Positions 22,580 to 31,937 of a DNA stretch of 64,000 bases are shown here, piece by piece; the stretch's first letter is position 1, and each line of letters begins with the position of its first letter. A program made the position numbers and the translations under genes. This DNA is from Candidatus Poseidoniales archaeon (GTDB lineage: Archaea; Thermoplasmatota; Poseidoniia; MGIII; CG-Epi1), in contig JBJLBX010000013.1 in the NCBI GenBank assembly GCA_045567955.1, positions 2,226 to 66,225 of the forward strand, in the 5' to 3' direction. The notes under the pieces were generated by a model, which saw nothing but the letters and a program-made list of their open reading frames with translations, was not told where the DNA came from and searched no databases.

Positions 22580-24079
22580 TTATGCCAAATCTTTGACCAT
22601 ATAATATTCGTTTAGTTCATATCCTAATTTTTCATAGTATAATCTTGTTCCAGGTCCATGTGTAACTCTAATTTTAGAGTAGGATTTGGATTTTTCTTCA
22701 GCTATTTTCATTAATTTACTTCCTAGTCCCATGTGTTGTACTCCCGTCCCTGTTTTTCCAATATTGGCAGCCTGACCAGTAACTTTTAGTTCTCTAACGG
22801 TCGCATTATCATCTAATCTTAATCTTAGATATGCTAAAAGTTTTTCACCCGATTCATAAGAGATAAAGTATTCAGTACCTCCACTTGATTTATATTCGAT
22901 TTCTTTTAGTTCAGCAGTTTTAGGATCTATTTGGGCTCTCCAAAGTTCTCTACAATTAATACATCTACATTTTTTCCCTCGAGCCTTCAATTCTCTTCTT
23001 GCATATTGTCGTAAGTTTGAGTTCATTACTCCAGCTATAATTTGGGGTTTTGGAATATCTCTTTGAATCCTCTGAATTCGAACATATGGGGGCACAATTT
23101 CTTTAAGACTAGCTATCAGATTTGCTGCAGTTTCAGTATCATATGGTACAAAATCGCCAGGGTTACGAGATAAAGGCGAACCTTTTACGAGAAGAGTTGG
23201 GTATAATTTCAGCATATCTGGTTGGAAATCTTCTTCTTCAAATAATCTTTTAAAATCTCTGAGATCAGTTTCAGGAGTCATTCCAGGCAATCCTGGCATC
23301 ATATGGTAAACCACTTTGAATCCTGCCTCTTTCAATAATTTCGTTGCCTTAATAACGTCATCAACAGACTGTTGTCGATTTAATTTATCATGTACTCCAT
23401 CATCTAGACATTGTACTCCAATTTCTACTCTTGTGGCGCCCTGTTTTCTCATTTGAAATACAGTCCATGGAGTACACTCCGTTGGTCGTGTCTCCATTGT
23501 CAGAGCTACACATTTATGTTTTGCACCTCCATTAACTTGTAATGCTTCTTCTAATGGTAATTCTTTACCATTAAGAGTGGCAAAAGCCCCTTTTAGAAAT
23601 TCATCTTGATAATCAGGCGTTCTTGCAGTAAATGTTCCACCCATTATGATTATTTCAACTTTGTCTGTAGGATGTCCATTTCTGACGTATTGTTCAAGGC
23701 GTGACTCTACCTGTGATCTAGAATTATAGTTGTGACGTCTACCTCTTCGAGCAGCAGGTTCATGGCCAGTATATGATTGTGGACTTTCATTTGTAGGGCC
23801 TCCTGGACAATAGGTACAAGTTCCATGCGGGCAAGGGGCTGGAGACGTCATTATTGCTACGGGTGTTACTCCTGCACTAGTTCGCATTGGTTTTACACGT
23901 AATAACTTAGCTAATTCAGGTTCTTTCTTTGCATCTATCTTTGCAAGGAGTTGGTTATTTGGCGGAATACTTGCAAATTTCCCTTCACGGGCAACTTCCA
24001 ATTTAATTAATTGAATTTCTTGTCTAGTTTTAGGCTCTTTCTCTAAAAGGCGATTGACCACTAATTGAGCTTCTTCCAT
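22580..24079 (-). CDS. elp3: Elp3-type radical-SAM / GNAT tRNA uridine(34) carboxymethyl-forming enzyme
   Basis: Radical-SAM cluster motif CPHGTCTYCPGG and a C-terminal GNAT region (GLGSKLMKIAEE). 499 aa. Confidence 0.9.
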   Translation of the reverse strand: MEEAQLVVNRLLEKEPKTRQEIQLIKLEVAREGKFASIPPNNQLLAKIDAKKEPELAKLLRVKPMRTSAGVTPVAIMTSPAPCPHGTCTYCPGGPTNESPQSYTGHEPAARRGRRHNYNSRSQVESRLEQYVRNGHPTDKVEIIIMGGTFTARTPDYQDEFLKGAFATLNGKELPLEEALQVNGGAKHKCVALTMETRPTECTPWTVFQMRKQGATRVEIGVQCLDDGVHDKLNRQQSVDDVIKATKLLKEAGFKVVYHMMPGLPGMTPETDLRDFKRLFEEEDFQPDMLKLYPTLLVKGSPLSRNPGDFVPYDTETAANLIASLKEIVPPYVRIQRIQRDIPKPQIIAGVMNSNLRQYARRELKARGKKCRCINCRELWRAQIDPKTAELKEIEYKSSGGTEYFISYESGEKLLAYLRLRLDDNATVRELKVTGQAANIGKTGTGVQHMGLGSKLMKIAEEKSKSYSKIRVTHGPGTRLYYEKLGYELNEYYMVKDLA

Positions 24080-24081
24080 AT

Positions 24082-25179
24082 TCAGTAAAGCTCCTTTTCA
24101 GCTTTAGTTAAAATGGTTGGGTTCTTCCCATTTACGAGTACATCATCTTCAATACGTATCCCTCCTTTGTCGGGGATGTATATTCCCGGTTCAATAGTAA
24201 CTGCCATTGAATCTTTTATAATTGTTTTTGATTTATATGTTAAAGATGGAAATTCATGTATTTCTAGTCCAAAACCATGCCCAGTTCCATGTACAAAGTT
24301 TCCACCATATCCTTTCTTCTGTATAAATTTTCTTCCAGCATTGTCTACTTTATGACTAGTATTTTCTACAGTAAGTTGTTCAGTAGAAAGTCTATTTGCT
24401 TCTAAAACGATATTATATATTTCAGCCCATTTTTTTGAAGGTTCACCTCCAACAAAATAAGTTCTTGTAATATCAGAACAATATCCCTCCCAAAACACCC
24501 CGAAATCACATATCACAGGATCTCCAATTTTCAATTGACGATTTGTGTTAGAATGATGTGAATGAGCTGCATTTGGTCCCGAAGCAATTATTGTTGTAAA
24601 TGAATTTTCCTGAATACCTCTTCGGCCCATGAAATAATCAATTTCCACTCTGACTTCTTTTTCAGTTAAATTTTTTCCTGATTCTACAAGGTTCTTAGCG
24701 AAATCCTGTCCTGCATCTGACTGTTTGATGGCTTTCTTTATTCTTTCCAATTCATCATTCGTTTTTACGCCTCTCATCTCAGTTACAAAAGGGCTTGCAG
24801 TGGATTTTAGACTCCTTCCTAATTTTATTTTGTTATCCACATATATTTTTCCGATATTATTTTCTTTAAGTGTATTCTTTAGAACTTCGATTGACGTTTT
24901 TCCATCAGATTTAATATCAGGGTAGTGAGTCCATGATTTGATTTCATCTATTGCTGATTCTTTTCGACAACGGTGTTCTTCTAATGAAGATGTAATAGCA
25001 ATTGGGTCTCCTTTTTTTGGTATAATTACATAATTCATTGTTGAACCAGGAGGGCAACCAGGCGGAGCCTCAGAATTTCCTAAATATCGGGTGTTCCCAG
25101 GTAATGATGCAACGAAAGCGTCTCTATCATCTAAATTCGAGCGAATATGCTCCCACCTTCTTTTATAATTAATTTTCAT
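24082..25179 (-). CDS. M24-family Xaa-Pro aminopeptidase/dipeptidase
   Basis: Pita-bread metal-ligand pattern: CDFGVFWEGYCSDITRT, HGTGHGFGLEIHE, IEPGIY and RIEDDV. Confidence 0.85.
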   Translation of the reverse strand: MKINYKRRWEHIRSNLDDRDAFVASLPGNTRYLGNSEAPPGCPPGSTMNYVIIPKKGDPIAITSSLEEHRCRKESAIDEIKSWTHYPDIKSDGKTSIEVLKNTLKENNIGKIYVDNKIKLGRSLKSTASPFVTEMRGVKTNDELERIKKAIKQSDAGQDFAKNLVESGKNLTEKEVRVEIDYFMGRRGIQENSFTTIIASGPNAAHSHHSNTNRQLKIGDPVICDFGVFWEGYCSDITRTYFVGGEPSKKWAEIYNIVLEANRLSTEQLTVENTSHKVDNAGRKFIQKKGYGGNFVHGTGHGFGLEIHEFPSLTYKSKTIIKDSMAVTIEPGIYIPDKGGIRIEDDVLVNGKNPTILTKAEKELY

Positions 25180-25336
25180 TTTTCTCCATCATTGATGCAG
25201 CCATTGCATATCCTGGTAATATGTTACCTAAAAATAGTAAACTGGCTATAATATAGTGTTCTTTGGAAATGAAAGCGATTACACAAGATATTACTATAAT
25301 GTACATCAAATATATGTAAATTCTAGTTATATTCAT
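25169..25336 (-). CDS. possible 55-aa two-TM micro-protein (not in ORF track)
   Basis: Hand translation gives MNITRIYIYLMYIIVISCVIAFISKEHYIIASLLFLGNILPGYAMAASMMEKNEN. Its ATG overlaps the upstream stop (TAATG) and its 3' end overlaps the pepQ-like start by 11 nt. Confidence 0.3.
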   Translation of the reverse strand: MNITRIYIYLMYIIVISCVIAFISKEHYIIASLLFLGNILPGYAMAASMMEKNEN

Positions 25337-25926
25337 TAATTTCCTCCTAATATATTTTGAGTTATGTCTGGGCTGAAATCCATTGAAGATAAAAGAGTTA
25401 GAACAAGTATTGGTATTATTTGCATTGCAAAATCATCATCAAACCATTTAATTTTTGGTCTTTCAGAAGCTACAGCAACAATAGATCCAATTATGGAGTA
25501 AAATAACTCCCCAATTATTAATTGATAAATTAAAAAGCTACACAGTAGCCCTAATCCAATACCCCACTTATCTCCAAATCGTTTGTTTGCTTCGCCAATT
25601 AAAGGATCAGTATATGCAGCCATGATTATAGTTGCAATAGCTAGGCTTTGAGGAATAACATCTAATTCGTATAGTCCTAATATTAAGCATGTTCCAGTTG
25701 CGAACCATACAAATCCAGCTATTCTATTATTTTCATAGTCGCGCATTCCAAGGACTTTCAAATCTTTATTCAATCGTAAGTATTCAATAGTAACAAGGAA
25801 TATCCAAAAGAGTATGATAAAATATTCTCTTTTAATTCCTAGAATGTATTCTGGGAAAAGAAAATAAATTACAAAACATGCTGCAACAGTATGATTGAAA
25901 CGCCGGTATATTTGTTCATTAATCAT
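25336..25926 (-). CDS. polytopic membrane protein, possibly polyprenol/dolichol kinase-like (COG0170-like)
   Basis: 196 aa with ~6 hydrophobic helices. YRRFNHT and TDPLIGEANKRFGDKWG weakly resemble the cytidylyltransferase/dolichol-kinase family. Confidence 0.35.
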   Translation of the reverse strand: MINEQIYRRFNHTVAACFVIYFLFPEYILGIKREYFIILFWIFLVTIEYLRLNKDLKVLGMRDYENNRIAGFVWFATGTCLILGLYELDVIPQSLAIATIIMAAYTDPLIGEANKRFGDKWGIGLGLLCSFLIYQLIIGELFYSIIGSIVAVASERPKIKWFDDDFAMQIIPILVLTLLSSMDFSPDITQNILGGN

Positions 25927-25953
25927 CCGAATTCTTTACGGATTAAGAACGGC

Positions 25954-26889
25954 TTAGATATGGATATCTATGTTTAGGAACTGAGCCATTTCCTTGTAAC
26001 GACTTCTTATCGTTACTTCGGTAAGATCAGCAGCTCTTGCAACATCTTTCTGTTTCCTTCTTTCATTATTTACTATAGAAGCAATATAAACTGCAGCTGC
26101 AGCCAAAGAAATCGGTACTGAATTGGTTAGAGGAACGTCTTGTGCCGCTCTCAATAAATCTCTTGCAGCTCCTTCAACTTTTGGAGACAGTTCTAATTTG
26201 GAACAGATCCTAGGTAAGTAATCCTCGGGAAGTGGTGGCATAGAGTGCATTTTTAGAGCTTTGACCATAACTTGGTATGTTCTAGAAATTTCTTTTCTTG
26301 AATATCGGCTATGTCTGCTGATTTCAGTTAGAGTTCTTGGAACTCCTTCTTGTCTACAAGCTGCATACAATGCAGCACAAGCTACCATTTCAATTGCTCT
26401 TCCGCTAAGTGATTGTTCTTGTATGGCTCTTCTGTAAATAAATGCTGCAGTTTCTTGAATCCTTCTTGGTAATTTCAGATTAGTAGCAACAGCTTGCATC
26501 TCTCTCATGGCAACAGCCATGTTTCTTTCAGCTGACTTTGACGCTCGAGCTCTTCTTTGCCATTTTCTCATTCTGAAAAGCATAGACTGATTTCTATTGG
26601 ATATCGATCTTCCGTAATAATCTCTGTTTGTTGGTGAAATTTCTGTTGATAATCCTTTATCTGGAAGTGTAGTAGACATAGGAGGTCCTGCTCTTGCAAG
26701 AGCGTTTTCTTGCTGCATGTCAAATGCTCTCCATTCAGGTCCGGTATCGACAATATTTTCTTCTAAAACAAGGCCACAGTCAGCACATACAATTTCTGCA
26801 TGATCGTAATCTCTCTTAAGGTGAGTACTCTTACAATCAGGACATGCTGTGACTTCATCAACTTTTTCTTCTTTGTTTTCAGATTTCAT
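25954..26889 (-). CDS. tfb: transcription initiation factor TFB
   Basis: N-terminal Zn ribbon CPDCKS...CADCGLVLEE, a B-finger/linker and two cyclin-fold repeats. 311 aa. Confidence 0.95.
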   Translation of the reverse strand: MKSENKEEKVDEVTACPDCKSTHLKRDYDHAEIVCADCGLVLEENIVDTGPEWRAFDMQQENALARAGPPMSTTLPDKGLSTEISPTNRDYYGRSISNRNQSMLFRMRKWQRRARASKSAERNMAVAMREMQAVATNLKLPRRIQETAAFIYRRAIQEQSLSGRAIEMVACAALYAACRQEGVPRTLTEISRHSRYSRKEISRTYQVMVKALKMHSMPPLPEDYLPRICSKLELSPKVEGAARDLLRAAQDVPLTNSVPISLAAAAVYIASIVNNERRKQKDVARAADLTEVTIRSRYKEMAQFLNIDIHI

Positions 26890-26930
26890 GTTTTCACCAT
26901 TAAACTGGGTTTTGTGTGGATTGAGGCCAC

Positions 26931-26939
26931 TATAAAAAG
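26931..26939 (-). promoter_or_regulatory. putative TATA box upstream of tfb
   Basis: The minus strand reads AAAGCTTTTTATAGTG, about 46 nt upstream of the tfb ATG (26889). Confidence 0.35.
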
Positions 26940-26972
26940 CTTTTGGTAAACTATCGACGATAGCTACTTATT

Positions 26973-27404
26973 TTAGAGATGTTTTTCCATTACAATGCCA
27001 TCACAACCATCTTGATAATAGCAAGGTAAAACATCTACACTCGAAAAGCCAAGCTTCCTGTAAAAGGCAATAGCGTCTGAATCCTTTCGAACTTCTAGTG
27101 TTACTTTTTTCACACCAAATATGCTACTTTCTTTAACCATGAGTTTCATAAGTTGTTTTCCTAGTCCTTTCCCTTGATAATCTTCATGAAGAACTAAAAT
27201 AAGAATTCTCAATTTGTCATTTGGTAAAATAGCACCACAACAAACTCCAACTATTTTTTCTATATTTTTTATAATTAAAAAACCCTCAGGCCACCTCTGT
27301 CTTATATTCAAGAATACTTTTTTTTCATAGTTTTCTTCAAGATTAGAATCTAGAAAGGCCATAAGCTCATCTAGATCATTCGTTTTAAATTTGGTAATAT
27401 TCAT
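26973..27404 (-). CDS. GNAT-family N-acetyltransferase (RimI-like)
   Basis: 143 aa. Acetyl-CoA motif YQGKGLGKQLM. 4-nt overlap with the upstream gene. Confidence 0.8.
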   Translation of the reverse strand: MNITKFKTNDLDELMAFLDSNLEENYEKKVFLNIRQRWPEGFLIIKNIEKIVGVCCGAILPNDKLRILILVLHEDYQGKGLGKQLMKLMVKESSIFGVKKVTLEVRKDSDAIAFYRKLGFSSVDVLPCYYQDGCDGIVMEKHL

Positions 27405-28624
27405 AGTTCTTCTAATTTTAGGTTCCCAGTTAATTTACAATCTGAAACATAAGTATTTTCCAAATAGCTTGCTTGACTAGTTCCTTGACTCGAAAACAAA
27501 TAATAATAAGAATATAGATTATCACCATTTCCATCATCTACCCAGTCTGAGATTCTGTATGCTGGCATCCACATAAAGTATGAATTTGCTATGTCAATAT
27601 TTACGGTAGTAATAGTTCCATCCTTTAGAGGTACAATTGCATTAACCCATGCATGACCGCCCCAATCTTCTAAATTACAATTACCATTTTGACTGTCTAC
27701 GAATGCAGGTATTTTCCCCAATTCTAGCCATGTAGGAATTCCTGCAGCTCTAGCAATAGATGAGAAAAGTATTGAAAAATCATCACAGTCGCCATATCCT
27801 TGCTCCATGGTTTCAGGACAGCTTTTAGGTATTGAAGATTTTTCATATTGATATTCATTTATGATATAATCGAATATATTTTGAAGAATTAGAATAACAT
27901 TTCCATCAGTTCCATTCACCATTTGTGATGCTAAATCATTGATTACTGGAAGGCTAGGTTCTATTAGCCATTCATCATCTAAGTAGGTTTCGTACCCTTC
28001 AGGAATGTCATCTAAAGTTCCAGAATTTTCAGGAGTTAAGTCGGGCCTTAGTGTATTTACGCTAACTTTGTATTCAACTTCGATGTAGTGTCTTTCTTTT
28101 TCATTTATAGTACCATTCCACTCCATTCTTCCGGCTTCATTCTCCATATAATCAGGATAAACTGAGATACTATGAACTTCTTGCCAAATATTTGCATCTT
28201 GCTGTGGCCACGAAGGCCTATTATCAGGTTCACTCAATATTAATTTATATTCTGAAAATCCGCTTTCGCTCGGTAAATATATTGTAAAGTTACGGACAAG
28301 TGTCAATTCAAGTGTTTGAGGTATTGAGTAGTAAGGTGTGTTAATCTCATCCCAATATTCTTTTCCATCTTTAATCAATGTTTGAGTTTGGGGTGCCATT
28401 ACAAGGCCTATCACCATGATTAGGGCTATGGTTTTGCGTGGAATATACTTTCCCCAGTTCGTTGGAGGTTTATAGATTATATTTTCATTATTGTTTTTTT
28501 GTGAAATTGGTTTAGAATTAATATTCTCGCTAATTGGTTCTCTACCGGGAACCTGCGATGAACAATTTTTGCATTGATTATCATCCTGACCAATGACAAA
28601 TCCACAAAAATCACAAAGTTGCAT
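27401..28624 (-). CDS. membrane-anchored transglutaminase-like (Cys-His-Asp) protein with N-terminal zinc ribbon
   Basis: N-terminal CDFCG...CKNCS, one TM (IALIMVIGLVMAP), and a transglutaminase core GYGDCDDFSILFSSIARAAGIPT followed by GGHAWVNA. Confidence 0.75.
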   Translation of the reverse strand: MQLCDFCGFVIGQDDNQCKNCSSQVPGREPISENINSKPISQKNNNENIIYKPPTNWGKYIPRKTIALIMVIGLVMAPQTQTLIKDGKEYWDEINTPYYSIPQTLELTLVRNFTIYLPSESGFSEYKLILSEPDNRPSWPQQDANIWQEVHSISVYPDYMENEAGRMEWNGTINEKERHYIEVEYKVSVNTLRPDLTPENSGTLDDIPEGYETYLDDEWLIEPSLPVINDLASQMVNGTDGNVILILQNIFDYIINEYQYEKSSIPKSCPETMEQGYGDCDDFSILFSSIARAAGIPTWLELGKIPAFVDSQNGNCNLEDWGGHAWVNAIVPLKDGTITTVNIDIANSYFMWMPAYRISDWVDDGNGDNLYSYYYLFSSQGTSQASYLENTYVSDCKLTGNLKLEEL

Positions 28625-28656
28625 TATATCTATTATAAGAATATAGATTAATAAAA

Positions 28657-28902
28657 TTATACAGTATCGCTTCTTCGGGATCGTATTTCATTTATAATGA
28701 TAATAATCGCCCCTACAGCTAAGACATAAGCACTTGTTACTCTATCAAATGCTTCAGCAATTTCCACAACCATTATGGTTAGAATACAGGTAAGAATAAC
28801 GGCCCCTTTTGAGATTTGGATTGCGTTACTATCTTCTGCATCAAAGTAACGAATTAAACCTGCGGCAGATTGAAAACCTTGCCCTTTTTTTTCTTTTGCC
28901 AT
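28657..28902 (-). CDS. Sec61-beta / archaeal SecG translocon subunit with extra C-terminal hydrophobic segment
   Basis: SAAGLIRYFDAED followed by a TM matches the Sec61-beta signature (recalled M. jannaschii: SAGLIRYMDE). At 81 aa it is longer than the usual ~55. Confidence 0.7.
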   Translation of the reverse strand: MAKEKKGQGFQSAAGLIRYFDAEDSNAIQISKGAVILTCILTIMVVEIAEAFDRVTSAYVLAVGAIIIIINEIRSRRSDTV

Positions 28903-28991
28903 AATTTTTCGACTTCCATGTCTTATATAAAATTAAGTTAGCATAATTATAAGAGGGCATCTCACCGTAAATACGATATTAGGAGCAGGTT

Positions 28992-29240
28992 ATGTATTGT
29001 CGAATGTGTGTAGATATTCATGGTTTAACACCAACAAAGTTGAATGGGCCCGCAGAGGCTGAATTCTTTGTATCGCATTGTTATCTTGGCGACTTAAGGC
29101 ATAAGCATGAAGAGAATCAAGGATTTCTTCATCCGATGTGTGGTCCTTGCGTTGATCGTATAAAAGCAAACCCTGATTTATTTGTATTTTCTGTATACAA
29201 ACTTACTCTTGAAGAAATGAATGATGTCGAGGAAAAATAA
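28992..29240 (+). CDS. hypothetical small CxxC...CxxC protein
   Basis: 82 aa with two Cys pairs (CRMC, CGPC). An AGGAG lies 6 nt upstream of the ATG. TAATG-coupled to the next ORF. Confidence 0.5.
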   Translation: MYCRMCVDIHGLTPTKLNGPAEAEFFVSHCYLGDLRHKHEENQGFLHPMCGPCVDRIKANPDLFVFSVYKLTLEEMNDVEEK

Positions 29241-29557
29241 TGGGTATAAGCCAAGAAGACTTTGAGAAATTGAATATGCGAGGAATTGTTATTTCCTCTA
29301 TAATGACTGCCTTTGGTTTGGTAGTGGCCTTAGCTTGGAAGGATACAATCAATGCTACTGTGGCATATTTAATGCCAGATAGTGATGATGGTACTCTCAA
29401 GGGGATGTATATTTCTGCAGTGGCAGTTACGGCCTTAGTTATGGGTTTAGCTGTATTAGTATTGAATATTAATAAAAGAGCTGAAAAAGAGTTGGAACGT
29501 GTACAGTCATATCTTTTTGATGATGATGATGATGAAGAAGACAAAAAAGATGCCTAA
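29240..29557 (+). CDS. small two-TM membrane protein with acidic tail
   Basis: 105 aa with two hydrophobic helices and a C-terminal DDDDDEEDKKDA. Confidence 0.5.
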   Translation: MGISQEDFEKLNMRGIVISSIMTAFGLVVALAWKDTINATVAYLMPDSDDGTLKGMYISAVAVTALVMGLAVLVLNINKRAEKELERVQSYLFDDDDDEEDKKDA

Positions 29558-29639
29558 GGCGCAGTTATAGGATCTATAGTAGACCCACCAAAGAACAAAA
29601 CAACCACAGTATTAAATTAAACAAAGGCGTCAGGGGGGT

Positions 29640-29840
29640 GTGAGTGAAGAAGAAGAGACCGCACCTTCGTTTCCGTTTAAAATAGGTATAATTATTGTCC
29701 TTTGGATTATAATCTTTATTGCATTTTACACAGATGAAGACGGCCCAATAATGCGTGCTTTTGGATTTCTTAGTATGATAATGTCTTTAACATTCCCCTT
29801 TATTTTATATTCTATTCTATCTAAAAATAAAACAGATTAA
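29640..29840 (+). CDS. small two-TM membrane protein (GTG start)
   Basis: 66 aa. A purine-rich AGGGGGGTG lies just upstream of the GTG. Two hydrophobic helices. Confidence 0.35.
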   Translation: MSEEEETAPSFPFKIGIIIVLWIIIFIAFYTDEDGPIMRAFGFLSMIMSLTFPFILYSILSKNKTD

Positions 29841-29939
29841 TTTTTACAAGTTGCAAATATGATAATCGGCCTGATACTCGGATTATCGAATTACTCTAAA
29901 ATTCCGTAGAAAGACAAGCCGGATGAGGAAGCCTGAGTT

Positions 29940-30482
29940 TTATTTCCACTTAATATTACAACCCATTGAAGGGATTTGTTTGAATTCTATTTCATTACCA
30001 CTTAAGACGTTATCAATTGCCATCCTCAAATCTTCACGAGTTACATTATGAGGTTGTTGCCAATTATCATCTAGTCTTCCTCGGTATTCCAATTTTCTAT
30101 CTTTGTTGTAAAGAAAAATATCAGGTGTACACACTGCACTGTATGCTTTTGCTACATCTTGAGTTTCATCAAATAAATATGGGAAAGGGTAACCTTTTGA
30201 TTTGTGTTTCTCAGCCATTCTTGCAGGTGAATCTTCAGGGTAATTCACTACATCATTAGAACTAATTAACACAAAGTCTGTTTTTCCTTTGTAATCATTT
30301 GCAAGTGCAATCAGACGATCTTCGACTGCTTTAGCATATGGGCAATGATTGCATGTAAAAATAACTACTAAAGTTTCTGATTTAAAATCATTAAGTGAAA
30401 TATGATTTCCATTTGTATCGGGTAAGTTAAAATTAGGTGCTGGAGATCCTAGTTCTACCATTGTAGATTCAGTTAGTGCCAT
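29940..30482 (-). CDS. thioredoxin-fold thiol-disulfide oxidoreductase (AhpC/TSA/TlpA-like)
   Basis: 180 aa with a redox motif FTCNHCPY in a thioredoxin-like context. Confidence 0.75.
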   Translation of the reverse strand: MALTESTMVELGSPAPNFNLPDTNGNHISLNDFKSETLVVIFTCNHCPYAKAVEDRLIALANDYKGKTDFVLISSNDVVNYPEDSPARMAEKHKSKGYPFPYLFDETQDVAKAYSAVCTPDIFLYNKDRKLEYRGRLDDNWQQPHNVTREDLRMAIDNVLSGNEIEFKQIPSMGCNIKWK

Positions 30483-30545
30483 AGTTATTCAGTATGTAGT
30501 GTCTATTAAGAGTATTTCTTTTAAAGCGCCTTAAATGACGTAGTA

Positions 30546-31937
30546 ATGAATATTTCACAAGACATATTTCGAGCCTATGATATTCGTGGAGTTTACGGTG
30601 AAGAGTTGGATGCTTCAATTGGAGAAAGAGTAGGGTTAGCTTTTGGTAATTATTTAAGGAAAAATAATAGCAGCGGTAAAGTTTCTATTGGATGTGATGC
30701 ACGTGTTAGTTCACCAGAGTTACAAGAAGCTGTAGCTACTGGAATATCTAGAGCTGGTTTCGATGTTGATGTAATTGGTATGCTTCCAATACCTGTAGCA
30801 AATTATTTTACTTGGAAAGCTAGTTCAGGTTCCAATCCATATCTTGGAGGTGTTTACATTACTGCAAGTCATAATCCTGCAGAGTATAATGGAATTCGTT
30901 TTAGACATCCCGATGGTACTGGATATACCGAAGGTAACATAGAAATCAAAAGAATATTCTTTGAAGAAGAATTAACTGAATCTTCTTCTTTTGGTTCAAT
31001 AACCAAAATATCGACAGAGAGTGTGTTAGATGATTATGTAAATTTTGTATCACAAAAGGTAGGTAGCATTAAAGGAACAAAGATAGCACTTGATCCAGGG
31101 AATGGAGTTGGCTGTGTAATAGTAGAAAAGTTGTTTCAGAAACTTGGTGCTGAAACATTTAGTATCAATAATGAGCCAGATGGGACTTTTCCTAATAGAC
31201 CTTCAGAACCCGCTCCAAAGAATTTGGGAGATTTAATTTCAGTAATGGGAAAAGGCAATTATGATTTTGGAGTAGCTTTTGATGGTGATGCAGACCGTTG
31301 TGTTTTTATCGATAATAAGTCCCGTTCAGTTTCAGCAGAGAAAATAGGTATTATTGTTTCAAAAAGTCTGATTACTCCTGAGTCAAATAAAGTTCTTGCA
31401 GGAGTACCGTGTTCTATGATTTTAGAGCAAGAGATTCCAAAAATAGGTGGAGAATTGATTTGGATAAGAGTTGGGGATGTTTTTGTATGTGAAGAATTGA
31501 AGAAGCATAATGCAGCTATTGCTATGGAAATATCGGCACATTTTTTTGCACCGGGTTTGACTGAATTTATTTTTGATGATCCATTAATTTTCAGTTTGAC
31601 ATTAGCAGAACATATAGCGAAATCTGATTTAACTTTGGCAGATATGTCTGATGCTATCCCCTCATATCCTTACGAAGAGTTGAAATTTACTTGTTTAGAT
31701 TCTATAAAGTTCAAAGTAAATGATAATTTGGAACAAACTTTTACCTCAATGGGGTATAAAGTAGAAACTATTGATGGTGTTAAAATCTGGCTTGATGGAG
31801 GTTGGGTTTTACTACGTCCTTCAAATACACAACCAGTTATTCGGATGTTCGTGGAAGCTACAGATACAAAAAGGTTAGAGGAAATCAAAAAAGAATTTCA
31901 AGGATATTTTGAAGAGGCTGTGAGGGCAGTTTCTTGA
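30546..31937 (+). CDS. phosphohexomutase (phosphoglucomutase/phosphomannomutase/GlmM family)
   Basis: Active-site TASHNPAEYNG, metal loop FDGDADRC and sugar loop in a 463-aa four-domain layout. Confidence 0.9.
   Translation: MNISQDIFRAYDIRGVYGEELDASIGERVGLAFGNYLRKNNSSGKVSIGCDARVSSPELQEAVATGISRAGFDVDVIGMLPIPVANYFTWKASSGSNPYLGGVYITASHNPAEYNGIRFRHPDGTGYTEGNIEIKRIFFEEELTESSSFGSITKISTESVLDDYVNFVSQKVGSIKGTKIALDPGNGVGCVIVEKLFQKLGAETFSINNEPDGTFPNRPSEPAPKNLGDLISVMGKGNYDFGVAFDGDADRCVFIDNKSRSVSAEKIGIIVSKSLITPESNKVLAGVPCSMILEQEIPKIGGELIWIRVGDVFVCEELKKHNAAIAMEISAHFFAPGLTEFIFDDPLIFSLTLAEHIAKSDLTLADMSDAIPSYPYEELKFTCLDSIKFKVNDNLEQTFTSMGYKVETIDGVKIWLDGGWVLLRPSNTQPVIRMFVEATDTKRLEEIKKEFQGYFEEAVRAVS

Noticed and set aside
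29861-29887. An inverted repeat GATAATC…GATTATC downstream of the 66-aa ORF considered as a terminator or RNA element.
   Set aside because: It has only a 7-bp A/T-rich stem with a 13-nt loop and no following T-run. This is expected by chance in AT-rich DNA.
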